Shown piece after piece: positions 36,250 through 48,374 of a stretch of DNA of 64,000 nt. The stretch's first letter is position 1. Every line of letters begins with the position of its first letter. This DNA is from Lama glama (lineage: Eukaryota), in the NCBI GenBank assembly GCA_028534125.1, contig CM052824.1:61194001-61258000 (forward strand), written 5' to 3'. Under the pieces are notes generated by a model, which was not told the origin of the DNA, did no database searches, and worked only from the letters and a program-made list of their open reading frames with translations. A program made the position numbers and the translations under genes.

Positions 36250-37100
36250 CTTTGTCCGGGAAGTCCTGCAAGTCTCTCCCGGGAAGGGGGCTCAGGTGGC
36301 GCCGGGCTCGCTTGGGTGGGACCCCGGTTCTGGGCGGGTCCCGCTCTAGCTGGGGCCCAGGAAGAGACAGGGACCTGGGGTCCGGGCAGGCGCGGGAGCC
36401 GGGTCCTTGGCTGCCCCCTCCCGCGCCCAGGGTCCCGCGTTGGCCCCTCGGCAAGGCTCAGGCCGGCCCGCCCGGTTCGGTTGGGCTGGGTTTCCCCACC
36501 GCCGGCCGGAGCCGGCCGCACCCCCCTCACCTGCGCCGCCGCCGCTCACCTGCGCCGCCGGAGCAGCTGGGGGACCCCGCGGCCCCACCCCCGGCCACCG
36601 CCTCGCCGCCCGGGACTGGCTGCCAGTCGACCAATCAGAAGTCCCGACGCGCGGGCCCGCGTTTCCGGCGGGCTCACCGGAAGCTGGCCCCGTTGGGGCT
36701 GCGCCTGCGCAGAGAGTTGCCGCGACTGGGGCGCGCGTGGCTGGGTCTGAGGTCCTGCCGCCGGGGTCTCGCGGGGTCGTGGTGGTCCCGCCGGCTCGCT
36801 GAGCGCGAGCGGCAGGATGCCCGAGATCAGGGTCACGCCCCTGGGTGAGTGCCGCGCGGGAGGAGCGCCGAGGAGGGGCCGTGGGAGGGCTCGGAGGGCA
36901 GGGCGGCCGCGCAGGCGCCCACCCCGGGCGTCCCAGTGCTCCCTGCGCGCCCCCTGTGCCCCGCGCTGGTGCTTCAAGGCGCCTGTGCTCCTGCCTCTGC
37001 TTCCTCGCCAATCCCTGCCCTTCCACCTCCTCCGTCTGTCTCGCGCCCTGCTTCCCCGCAGCCTCCTTGGCCCGTCGGCGGTTCACCCCGGGTCAGCCCT
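36250..37100. promoter_or_regulatory. Bidirectional CpG-island promoter shared by CPTP (-) and INTS11 (+)
   Basis: CpG island with CCAAT (36631), ETS/GABP-like CCGGAAG (36677-36683) and NRF1-like TGCGCCTGCGCA (36700-36711). These lie between minus-strand donors at 36531/36550 and the INTS11 ATG at 36817. Confidence 0.8.
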
Positions 37101-40100
37101 TTTGCTTGACAGCTGCAGCGTTAAGAAAAAAAAAAAAGATTTTTGCAAAAGATGTAGGTGTACAGTTTAAAGGCCCAGAGAATATAGAAGGGTGCGAAGG
37201 AGTCCACTCAAAGTCCCGTGTCCCAGGAACGACTGGGGTTATCAATTTGGTGGCCAGCCTTCCAGATGTGTCTGAGTACTCTTCGTGTACACACGCTCGG
37301 TTCTGTTCGGGAACCTGTCACCTTCTCTGGGCCCTGCATTGGGAGCATGTTCGCGTTGGGCTGCCCCGCGCAGCTCCAAATCCTTTCTTCTGGCCTGAGG
37401 TCTCCCTGCTGAATAGCCTACCCAGCCCCCACTGTGGGCACTGAGCTGTTGACAGCTGCAGAGAACACTCATGCCGCTGGTCTGCGGGGTCAGAGCACAC
37501 ATCTCACGCTGCCATAGTTGTGGTCACCCCCACGGCCTCTCTTAGCTGTCGGCTCAGGGCACCCCACTCAGCTGCTAAAGCCCCACACTCTCCCTAGCTC
37601 CTGGTTCTTCTCCAGGGGTTTCTGCGGGATCCTCCTCCCAGCATGCCTTTTTCCCATTTGGCCCCTTTCTCATTGCTCATGTGCCTGTGGGCTGGTCCTG
37701 GGATTTCTGTGACTTCACATTCTTGTCTGTAAAGAGGGGTGGCCCTTCCGCTTCCCACAGATATTTGCAGGGCTTCTGAGCTGGGGATGGCTCTGGGCTG
37801 GAGGGGCAGCAGAAAGACGGCTGAGACATTGCCATCTGGGTAGGAACAGGCCAGGCCTGTGAGAGACTTCGGGGCCACTGCTTGTGGCTGAGCTGCCTGA
37901 GGTGGGCAGGCGAAGCCGTCACCTGCTGTGGCCTGGTCAGCCGTGTGTGTGGTGCTCACAGAAGGTTCAGGTGGCAGCAGAGGGAGGCTCGTGGGTTTCA
38001 AGATGACAAGCTTGTCATTTGCTGTCATCAGGCCTTGCAAGGCTGTGTTCCTTCTGGACCCCTAGACCCCAGAGGTGACAGATGGCTGTGTGAGGTGGCT
38101 GGGATTTGCCCCACGGTGGCTGGGGCATCTGGGCAGGGCTTGGAGGTCAGGAACATGGATGGGACTCAGGTTCAGATCTGGGCTGGTAAGGGCACAGTGG
38201 TGGGGCATCTGTACTGCGGCCATTGTAGTTGGTTGTTGCTGAATAGGGGAGCCGTGTTTCCCCGTGGCTGCCCTGAAGCCATATAGTGTCCCTCTGCAGT
38301 GGCACCACCAGGAGCTGCCTGATGCCTCTTGAGGGCAGGGGGCCCTGCAGCTCCAATGTGGCCCTTGCTAAGGTTTTGGAATGAGTGGTGAGGCCCCAGG
38401 GAGACTCGACTTGCCTCTGTTGAGTGCTGGGACCAGTGTCCAGCAACCTTACTCAGCCCCTGGCCTTGAAGATGCAGGTGGGCCCAGGTGGGTGGGTGGC
38501 TGTGCAGCTGCCTGGAGAGGGGAGTGGCAGGGCCTGAGGCAGTGGGGAAGAGCCCGAGGTGGCCTTGGCGCCTTGTCCCCTCCCTGTGCATTTCCCTTCT
38601 CCATGTGTGGAGGTGGAGATGCTTCTCTCACACGTTGTCCACACAGCAGCCACAGAAGTCTGTTTCCCCAGCCCACTGAGTGTTCTGCAGGGTGAGGGGC
38701 CCAGAGCATCCTGTGGAGCAGGCGGCTTGGCCTTGGCCTTGGGGCTGTCCTTGCAGGGGCCGCGGAGGCAGGCAGCACCTCTCACCCGCCCTCCTGTTCA
38801 GGGGCTGGCCAGGATGTTGGCCGAAGCTGCATTCTGGTCTCCATCGGGGGCAAGAACGTCATGCTGGACTGCGGGATGCACATGGGCTTCAGCGACGACG
38901 TGAGTCCTGGGGAAGGTGGCCCAGAGGCACTCGAGGGTGGGCAGCCATCGCCCAGGCCACTTCAGTCACCGCCAGCAGTAGGACTCAGGCCTTGGAGTCT
39001 TAGGGTCTGTTACATGGAGTGGGGATGGTCTGAGCACGTGAGCATTGGTAGGAGGCAGGTGGGTCTGGGATCACTGCATCCCTGCGCAGCCCCCCACCAT
39101 CACTTAACAGGCGGGGCACCCTGTGTTGGGGGTGGGTCAGTGCAGGGCTGTGTGGGGCTGGCTCGGTGACTGCAGGCTGGGCTTCTGGCTGGGTTACTGG
39201 TCTGGCAGTTTGACCCCCTCTCTGCATGCTTGGAGGCTGTGCATAGTCAGCAGTCCTGGAGGGCCTGTGGGGTGGGGGGGGCAGTGTCTAGGGTCAGCCT
39301 GCACCCTCATCCCCCTGGGGGCAGCTCCCTCCAGCTCCTGCAGACCCAGGCAGCCTGCCCGTCCTGACGCTTTCTCTCGGCTTGGCAGAGGCGCTTCCCT
39401 GACTTTTCCTACATTACCCGCAACGGCCGGCTGACCGACTTCCTGGACTGTGTGATCATCAGGTGGGCGCCCGACACTGCCAGCTCCTGCCTTCCCCGCC
39501 TCCCGGGCCCTGTTGGGGGGTGTAGGCTGAGGGCTGCCGCCAGCCCGGGTTCTGTCCCAGGTTCCTCACCCTCGGGGCTGGCTTTTCCACTGCTGGACAC
39601 TGTGGTCATAGGTGTTCATGGCTGCTCCTTGGTGGGCAAGGCCGGCCTCGTAGAGCCAGGGGGTCCTCTGAGCTGTGTGTGCCTGTTGGCTGTACCTCTC
39701 GCCCCAGTGCCATGGGAAGGAGCCCCGGGTGCCCCAGGAAGATGGGCAGCAGGCGCTTGGGGGCCACCCCACCAATAGTGCGTCTCAGCTGCTGAGCCCA
39801 GGGCTTGGCACTCAGCCTCTCAACACTGTTAGCAGCAGTGACCATACCCTCCTGGCCAGTCCTCAATCTTGCGGGCCTCCCCAGGTCCTCAACCACTCTG
39901 CTCCTGACCTCCAGGCTCAAGGTCCAGCCTCCCCACCCCCACACTCCCCTAGACAAACACTTCTGGGACCCAGCCCCCCTCACCACCCTGACCTTCACCA
40001 GGTGGCCTAGATGACCTCAGTGGCCTCCTGCCTGTCCCCACCCCCCCACACCTGCAGCTCAGGGACCTGCAAACCTGAGGCAGCCTTGTCCCCAGCTGGG

Positions 40101-43100
40101 GGTCCCTGTGGTCCTGGCCCCTCCTTGGACCTAGGCTTACACCCGGTGGGTCAGCTCCGCCTGGGGACGGGCACAGCACCGCTATTCCCCCTGCCCTGGT
40201 GCCTTCCCAGGCCTCATCCTGTTGCCAGCCCTTCTCTGTCTTCCCGACCGCCACCCAGGATGGTGACTCAAATACGCTGTCCCCCAGCGCCTTTCTGTTT
40301 CTTCCTGGGACGTGACGTCTGACACGTGTGGTGCCTGGAGTGGTTATTGCTGTGCTGGACGTTCAGGGTCTAAGTCCCAGGTGACAGCAGGGTCACCTCT
40401 CTTGCCCCTTCCTCACTCCTCAGTGCATACTTAGGGCAGAGTGACACACAGCAGGCACTCGGAGTGGAGGAGAGTGAGTGGCTGACCTTGAGCCCGGGCT
40501 GGCGCACAGGGGTGGTGAGGGGTGGGGCTCACTGGGGAGTGGGGCCCCGGCTGACGGGCAGTGCACCCCCAGCCACTTCCACCTGGACCACTGTGGGGCA
40601 CTGCCCTACTTCAGCGAGATGGTGGGCTACGACGGGCCCATCTACATGACCCAGCCCACCCAGGCCATCTGCCCCATCCTGCTGGAGGACTACCGTAAGA
40701 TCGCCGTGGACAAGAAGGGTGAGGCCAACTTCTTCACGTCCCAGATGATCAAGGACTGCATGAAGAAGGTGGTGGCCGTCCACCTCCACCAGACAGTCCA
40801 GGTCAGGGCTGCACACACCCCACCTCGTACTCTCTTCTGTCTGGCCCCAGGGGCAGCAGCACTTGGGCGGGGCCCTTGCCGCTGCTCCAGCTCTGAGCAC
40901 CCTGGGGGCCAGGTCAGAGGCTCCCCAGAGCTCCCGTTCGCCGGTGGGCAGTGCAGGCCAGCCCGGTACCGGGCAGTGGAGTCTGGGCTTCGTCTCAGTG
41001 GCTGTTGTGCGCAGGTCAGTGAGGAAGTGAAGTGTTGTAGGTGGGAAGTGACATCAGCTTTGGTGAAGTTTACCCCAAAGGTTGTGGATTTGTCTGTTTC
41101 TCCTTAGTCTTGGTTTTGCTGGTTATTCGGTTTTTAAGTTTGGGGCCATCTGATCCTTCTGGTTGAACCCTTCGTCACGCGAGGTTCAGCCCCAGCTCCC
41201 CACCTTTGGGGGGTGTTTGCACAGACGTCCTTTCCTGACTATTTACTTTGTCCTTCCTGCAGCATGTTTTATTTGTGGTTCTTTGAAGAAGCACATTGTT
41301 TGTGTTCAGTCCAGCCTGTTAACCTGTCCCTCAGGGGGAGGGTTTGAACTCTGCACGAATAAGGCAACTCTGGGAGCCTTCTACCGTCTGCTTCCTGCTT
41401 GTCCTGTCTCTTCTGTTATTTCCCCCAGTTTATTGCTTTTTTCTGGATTGATTTAAAAAAAATTTTTTTTTTACTTACTGTATTATTCAATTTTTTTTAT
41501 TTTGGGGGGGAGGTAATTCGGTTCATTTATTTTTTTTTAGAGGAGGTACTGGGGATTGAACCCAGGACCTCATGCATGCTAAGCATGTGCTCCACCACTT
41601 GAGCTATACCCTCCCCCCGCCGATTTTTTAAGATTCTGTTTCTCCTCTAATTTGGTTAGTAACGATATATTGTTTTGTAATTTTTCTGGCAGTAGAGATT
41701 ACAAAACATCCACAACAACAAAAGTCTAAGGTACTTGGAACTTAAGACTCTTTCCCGGACACGCAGGCCGTGCCTCCGGGTGCTTGGATTCCCTCGTGTG
41801 TGCAGCCGGCACAGCCTCCTCCTGCATGCTGGCCACGTCAGGCTCGCCAGCTGCCCACTGTCTCTGCTCCCTGCATCCTTTGCTTCTTGTTTAGGATAAT
41901 TCACCCTCTGCCTGGGGACGGCAGGTGCGGGTCTGCTGGTGATGAATTCTCAGATGGGTTTATTTCACCCTCGTTGAAAGACTGCTTTCATTAGGGTGAC
42001 CATTACTTTCAGCGCTGTGGTCTTCCTACCTGCTGTTCAGAAGAGAATCTTTCTCGGGCTGCTTGGAGGAGGGTGTTGTTCCCCATGGGCTGTGGCGGGC
42101 ATGTGGTGTGGACCCCCCCTCTCGTCTTGCTGAGCCTGCTCTCATGCGGGGCCTCCTGGATCTGCAGTTCTGCCTGCTGCTCTCCTCCCAGCTGGGCCCT
42201 GTCAGCCGAATGCCAGACCTTTCTTCCCCACACCCTCCCCATCCTGTTCCTCCATGCTCTGAGCTGGATATCCTCTTCCGGACATCTTGGTTCATTAATT
42301 CTCTTCTCAGTAACATGCTGTTAAACTCATCTGTCAAATTCCTTTTTAGAAAGCTTAATATATAGTTGAGTTACAGTATTACATGACTTACGGGTGTAAA
42401 GCACGGTGATTCAATTTTTAAAGATTATACTCCACTTATTGTAAAATATTGGTTATACTCCCTGTGTTGTAAAATGTGTCCTTGTAGCTTATTTATTTTA
42501 TATGTGACAGTTTATTCCTTTTAATCTTCTACCCCAGTCTTGCCCCTCCCCCTTCCCTCTCCCAACTTGTAACCACTAATTTGTTCTCTGTATCTGTGAG
42601 TCTGCTTCTTTTTGTTATATTGACCGTGTTACATCTTTTNNNNNNNNNNNNNNNNNNNNNNNNNNNNNNNNNNNNNNNNNNNNNNNNNNNNNNNNNNNNN
42701 NNNNNNNNNNNNNNNNNNNNNNNNNNNNNNNNNNNNNNNNNNNNNNNNNNNNNNNNNNNNNNNNNNNNNNNNNNNNNNNNNNNNNNNNNNNNNNNNNNNN
42801 NNNNNNAGTCATCAGTCGATGGACACTTAGGTTGCATCCATGTCTTGGCTATTTCAAATAATGCTGCTGTGAACATTGGGGTGTATGTATCTTTTTGAAT
42901 TAATGTTTCCATTTTTTCAGATATANNNNNNNNNNNNNNNNNNNNNNNNNNNNNNNNNNNNNNNNNNNNNNNNNNNNNNNNNNNNNNNNNNNNNNNNNNN
43001 NNNNNNNNNNNNNNNNNNNNNNNNNNNNNNNNNNNNNNNNNNNNNNNNNNNNNNNNNNNNNNNNNNNNNNNNNNNNNNNNNNNNNNNNNNNNNNNATGAT

Positions 43101-46100
43101 GGCTGTTCTGAGAGGTGTGAGGTGATATCTCATTGTGTTGGGTTTTTTTTTAATTTTTATTTTTTTGGTGGGGTGTAGGTAATCAGGTTTATTTATTATT
43201 TTAATGGAGGCACTGGGGATCGAACCCAGGACCTTGTGCATTCTAAGCACGCACTCTAGCACTCTACCACTGAGCTATACCCTCCTGTTCATTGTGGTTT
43301 TGATCTGCATTTCCCTGTATTTGATTTGACTAGGGATGCTGAGCATCTGTTCACGTGCCTGTTGGCCATCTACACGTCCTCTTTGTAAAAATGTCTGTTC
43401 AGGTCTTCTGCCCATTTTTTAATCAGGTTGTTTTTTGGATGTTGAGTTGTATGAACTATTTATATATTTTGGATATTAATGCCTTATAGGTCATGTCATT
43501 TGCAAATATTTTCTCCTATTCAGCAAGTTGTCTTTTCATTTTGTGGATGCAAAAGCTTTGTCTAATTAGGTTCCATTTGTTTATTTTTGTTTTTATTTTC
43601 TTTGCTTTAGGAGACAAATCCAAAAAAAATATTGCTACAATTTATGTCAAAGTGTGCTCTGTGTATGTTTTCCTCTAGGAGTTTTCTGGTTTCTGGTCTT
43701 ATGTTTAGGTCTTTAATCCATTTTGAGTTTATTTCTGTATATGGTGTTAGAAAACATTCTAATGTTGGTCTTTTACAGGTAGCTGTCCAGTTTTCCCAGC
43801 ACGACTTACTGATGACACTCTTTTCTCCATTGTATATTCTTGCCTCCTTTGTCATAGATTAATTGACCATAAGTGTGCGGGTTTATTTCTGGGCTCTCTA
43901 TCCTGTTCCATTGATCTATATTCTGTTTTTGTGCCAGTACCACACTGTTCTGATGACTGTAGCTTTACAGTGTCATCTGAAGTCAGAGAGCCTGATTCCT
44001 CCAGCTCCATTCTTCTTTCTCAAGGTTGTTTTGGCTATTCACAGTCTTTCGTGTTTCCATACAGATTTTACAGTTATTTGTTCTGGTTCTGTGAAGAAAG
44101 CCATTGGCATTGGACAGGATTGTGCTGCGTCTGTAGACTGCCTTGGGTGCTGTGGATCGTTGGATTCTTAGTTTGGGTTGTTATCATTTCTGGCTTTAAA
44201 ATTCCTACATTGTGAAAAGTGATTTGTAGTTTTTGGCCGACCTTCTCAATCCTCCTCTATCTCTGAATACATTGGCCACAGTCCTTTGAAGTCCGCGTCT
44301 GAGAACTTCAGGAGTCCCGAGTTTGCTCCTCCAGACTGTTACTTCTCTTGGTTTCGTCCCTGTTGTCTCATTTCTGGTGTCTGGTTGCTTTTGATTGAGA
44401 ACTGAGCTTCGTGTGTGAAAAACAGGGACAACAAAAGGCTTAGAAGACGTCGTCCGTGTCCGTGCCCCACCTCCCTGCCCCTCTGCCGTCCTCCCTTAAC
44501 CAACCGCCTGCCCAGCACCACCTGCAGACCTGAGTTCAGCCCTTTTCTTCGTAGGTGGACGATGAACTGGAAATCAAGGCTTACTATGCAGGCCACGTGC
44601 TGGGAGCAGCCATGTTCCAGATCAAAGTGGGCCCAGAGTCTGTGGTCTACACGGTCAGTGGAAGCATCTGGGGCACAGGAAGGACCGCCTGGCCGGGGAG
44701 AGGGAGGAGGCACCCTCCTTACTGCCACGTCCTTTGCAGGGTGATTACAACATGACCCCGGACCGGCACTTGGGGTAGGTAGGCCGGCTAGTGTGTCTGT
44801 TTCACCCTGTGGGGCCCCGGCAGCGCAGCGACCCTCAGGGGTGTGCCAGGTTCCCAGGGATCAGCTCGTTGCCAGCCCCCCTCAGGTGCTGCCTGTGGCG
44901 TCTGACTGCTGGGGCCTGTGCAGAGGGGCAGGGGCTGGCATCCAGGGGCTGCTCCAAACCTGGCCACCGTGAGCCCTGTCCACCTGTTCTAGAGCTGCCT
45001 NNNNNNNNNNNNNNNNNNNNNNNNNNNNNNNNNNNNNNNNNNNNNNNNNNNNNNNNNNNNNNNNNNNNNNNNNNNNNNNNNNNNNNNNNNNNNNNNNNNN
45101 NNNNNNNNNNNNNNNNNNNNNNNNNNNNNNNNNNNNNNNNNNNNNNNNATGGCCCCCAGGCCTTTCATCTTCCCCTGGCAGGTGGTCAGGGGCCAGGGTG
45201 CTGTGTTGCGGGCATAGAGGGAAGAGGTTATGCTCAGAATGGGAGGGAAAATTCACCTTTTAGATCCTTCAGTGGGGGTTCGTTGGCCTTCATGTCTCAG
45301 ATCCCAGTGAAGGGCTGGCCAGAGCGTCTGCCATGGTCACTTTTGGACAGACTGGCTGGGGTCAGAATGTGGGGGGCTGTCTACAGTTCAGCCATCCAGA
45401 TGCCAGGCCATGACCTCAGTAGACACAGCCTTCAGCCATCAGAGCTGCCAGCAGGGCTGGTCTTCACAGCAGCTGCTCCCTTAGAAGGCAGCCACAGGGA
45501 GCCACTGCCACCACTGTGCTTGGGGGTGGTCAACGTGGCCAGGGTTCCAGCCCGAGCCGCCCTTGCCCTCCCTACCCTCCCCCTGCAGGTGCTGATCCCC
45601 GTGTTTGCTCTGGGCCGCGCTCAGGAGCTCTGCATCCTGTTGGAGACCTTCTGGTAGGTGCAGCCAGGACGGCTCCTGGAAGCCCTGGCCTGCTGGCCGT
45701 AGGGTGGGAGGTGTCAGGGAGTGGCATTCCTTGCACTGGACTCAGCCTAGCTGAGGGCATGTGGGGCCCCAGGCAGGCCCTGCCTGGCAGCCTCTCCACC
45801 ACGTCCTGCCCTGGCTACAGGGAGCGCATGGACCTGAAGGCCCCCATCTACTTCTCCACGGGTCTGACGGAGAAGGCCAACCACTACTACAAGCTCTTTA
45901 TCCCCTGGACCAACCAGAAGATCCGGAAGACCTTTGTGCAGAGGAACATGTTTGAATTCAAGCACATCAAGGCCTTCGACCGGGCGTTTGCCGACAGCCC
46001 TGGTCCGATGGTGCGGCCGGGGGATTTGCCAACAGCCCCGGTCCAATGGTGCGGTCAGGGTTGGGGGGTCCTGCCAGGCTGGGGCCCTGCCTGCAGGTCA

Positions 46101-48069
46101 TGCAGGGAGCGCGATGCCCCCGTGCTGGGAAGCAGGGAAGTCAGAAGGCTCTGAGGGCAGGTGGGGTTCTGCTGCCCTGACCACCCGCCCCCACTCCCGT
46201 CCGCAGGTCGTGTTTGCCACACCAGGGATGCTGCATGCTGGCCAATCCCTCCAGATCTTCCGGAAGTGGGCAGGGAGTGAGAGGAACATGGTGCGGGTCT
46301 GGACCCCAGGGCCAGGCCCTGGAGTGCTGGCGAGGTTGGGCAGGGGTAGGGGGGTCAGGCTCTCCCTGGCTTGGGGACATTGCTGCTTTCAGGAGGTTTG
46401 GTACTCTGGGCTCTGGTGTCCGACCCAGGCAGCTCAGACTCCTGCTGCATCTTGGTCCATGTGTACCAGGCAGGGAAGCCCTCGGCCTCCTGAGCAGCCA
46501 TTGTGGTGTCAGGCCTGGGCACACTTGTGCTGAGACCCTGAGCGTCCCTGGGTCTGCAGTGAGGCCTGGAATGGCAAGGGGCCTCTACCAAGGAAGGGCT
46601 CAGGTTCAGACGGGCAGAAAGGGTGGGCAGGGGGGGGTGTCCTTGGAGGAAACCCCGAGGTGGGAAGTGGGAGGCCTGTGGGGTCCAGGGCAGCAGCCAG
46701 CACCATCCCTCCCTCCCTACAGGTCATCATGCCTGGCTACTGCGTGCAGGGCACCGTGGGCCACAAGATCCTCAGTGGGCAGCGCAAGCTGGAGATGGAG
46801 GGTCGGCAGGTGGTGAGTCACCCCTACCCTGCCTCCCCCAGCTCTGTGGAACCCCTGCTGGGCGGGTGGGGCCTCAGAGCTGCCCCTGTGCTGACAGCTC
46901 GCATGCGTGCTGTGACACTGCAGCTGGAGGTCAAGATGCAGGTGGAGTACATGTCCTTCAGTGCCCACGCAGACGCCAAGGGCATCATGCAGCTGGTGGG
47001 CCAGGCGGAGCCAGAGAACGTGCTGCTGGTGCATGGCGAGGCCAAGAAGATGGAGTTTCTGAAGCAGAAGATTGAGCAGGAATTCCGTAGGCAGCCCAGG
47101 CGAGGGTGGGCATGGGTGAGGGGGGGGTTCAGGCAGGGCCTGGTGCAGGCAGGGCCAGGCCCCCTGGACTGAGGCTCTCTCACCCTCTGGCCCAGGGGTC
47201 AGCTGCTATATGCCGGCCAACGGCGAGACGGTGACGCTGTCCACAAGCCCCAGCATCCCCGTGGGCATCTCGCTGGGGCTGCTGAAGCGGGAGATGGCAC
47301 AGGGTATGTGGGCAGGGCACGCTGGGTGGGGCGGGGCAGCTGCTGGGCAGGTGGCCCCACAGACAGCTCCAGCCCCTGCCCCTGCCCCTTCCTCACAGGG
47401 CTACTCCCGGATGCCAAGAAGCCCCGGCTCTTGCACGGCACCCTGATCATGAAGGACAGTGTGAGTGCGCAGCAGTCATGGGGCAGGGGCGGGGGCGGGG
47501 CCTGCTCCCAAGCTCTCTGACCTGCCACTGCCCTGCAGAACTTCCGGCTCGTGTCCTCAGAGCAGGCCCTCAAGGAGCTGGGCCTATCCGAGCACCAGCT
47601 GCGCTTCACCTGCCGTGTGCACCTGCACGACACACGCAAGGAGCAGGAGACAGCCTTGCGCGTGTACAGCCACCTGAAGAGGTGGGCGCTGCACCCACCC
47701 CTCTGGCCCTGGGGGGCAGGGTGTGAATGGGGCACAGGCAGAGTCTCACCAAGCCTCCTTGCAGTGTCCTCAAGGACCACTGCGTGCAGCACCTTCCTGA
47801 CGGCTCCGTGACCGTGGAGTCCATCCTCATCCAGGCTGCCGCCCACTCAGAGGACCCAAGCACCAAGGTGCTGCTGGTCTCCTGGACCTACCAGGTGAGC
47901 GGCCCCTGGTAGTGGATTAGGACAGGTGGGGTCACCCCATCACCCTGGGCTGCCTGGGTGGGGTGGGGGGGAGGAGCCAACAGCCCCCACTTGCCTTTGG
48001 CTGTAGGATGAGGAGTTGGGAAGCTACCTCACGTCTCTGCTCAAGAAGGGCCTGCCCCAGGCCAGCTGA
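36817..48069 (+). CDS. INTS11: Integrator complex subunit 11 (MBL/beta-CASP endonuclease, CPSF3L), about 599 aa
   Basis: join(36817..36844,38802..38899,39389..39462,40573..40801,44555..44653,44740..44774,44993..~45131[mostly N gap],45589..45653,45821..46010,46207..46290,46723..46812,46924..47086,47196..47303,47399..47460,47539..47681,47765..47894,48007..48069). [19 protein letters not shown], metal motif [31 protein letters not shown]. Confidence 0.96.
41460..41617 (-). mobile_element. tRNA-Ala-derived SINE (camelid Vic-1 type)
   Basis: Minus strand reads GGGGAGGGTATAGCTCAAGTGGTGGAGCACATGCTTAGCATGCATGAGGTCCTGGGTTCAATCCCCAGTACCTCC (Pol III A and B boxes, AGC anticodon remnant), followed by the A-rich AATTACCTCCCCC tail. 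Confidence 0.85.
42640..42806. other. Assembly gap (167 N) within the L1
   Basis: Run of N. Confidence 0.99.
42926..43095. other. Assembly gap (170 N) within the L1
   Basis: Run of N. Confidence 0.99.
43141..43285 (-). mobile_element. Second Vic-1-type tRNA-Ala SINE nested in the L1
   Basis: Plus strand ATGGAGGCACTGGGGATCGAACCCAGGACCTTGTGCATTCTAAGCACGCACTC...TGAGCTATACCCTCC, flanked by the direct repeat TCATTGTG. Confidence 0.85.
45001..45148. other. Assembly gap (148 N) covering most of INTS11 exon 7
   Basis: Run of N directly after TTCTAG|AGCTGCCT. Confidence 0.97.
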
Positions 48070-48309
48070 GGCCCCACTGTCAGGCACCCGCCTCTGCCCT
48101 TTCCCAGCCGAAGGGACCTGGTCTCCACTCCAGAACTGTCTGCACCTGGCTCTGCCCTGGCCTAGCCAGATGGACCTGGCTCCCACCCCAGGCTCTGCCC
48201 TGTGTCTTCGATGTGGAACCTCACCCGTGGGGAAACCACAGGGCCATGCACCTGCCCAAGCAGCTGCTTTTGGCCAAAGAAATACAGGGGCCAGGTGGCC
48301 TCTTCACCT

Positions 48310-48315
48310 TTTATT
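48310..48315 (-). terminator. PUSL1 polyadenylation signal AATAAA (minus strand)
   Basis: Plus-strand TTTATT about 300 nt past the predicted PUSL1 stop. Confidence 0.7.
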
Positions 48316-48368
48316 TCTACTCCTGGGCCCCCGGAAGATGGTTAGGGGCTCCCGGGGTACTGATTTCC

Positions 48369-48374
48369 ATTAAA
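48369..48374 (+). terminator. INTS11 polyadenylation signal ATTAAA
   Basis: ATTAAA 300 nt after the INTS11 stop, followed by a GT-rich element (CTGTCTGGGTGTCT). Confidence 0.75.

Larger units (their letters stand above)
42350..44150 (-). mobile_element. 5'-truncated LINE-1 (ORF2 C-terminus plus 3' UTR), antisense in INTS11 intron 4
   Basis: Minus-strand peptides [11 protein letters not shown]...[20 protein letters not shown] and [32 protein letters not shown] are L1 ORF2 signatures. Interrupted by two N gaps and a SINE. Confidence 0.9.

Noticed and set aside
35700-37086. 382-aa (+) and 246-aa (-) ORFs across the CPTP/INTS11 promoter
   Set aside because: GC-rich shadow ORFs with low-complexity composition and no recognisable motifs.
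41540-41615. Apparent tRNA-Ala gene
   Set aside because: It has a SINE-type tail and a diverged second copy nearby, so it is a tRNA-derived SINE head rather than a tRNA gene.
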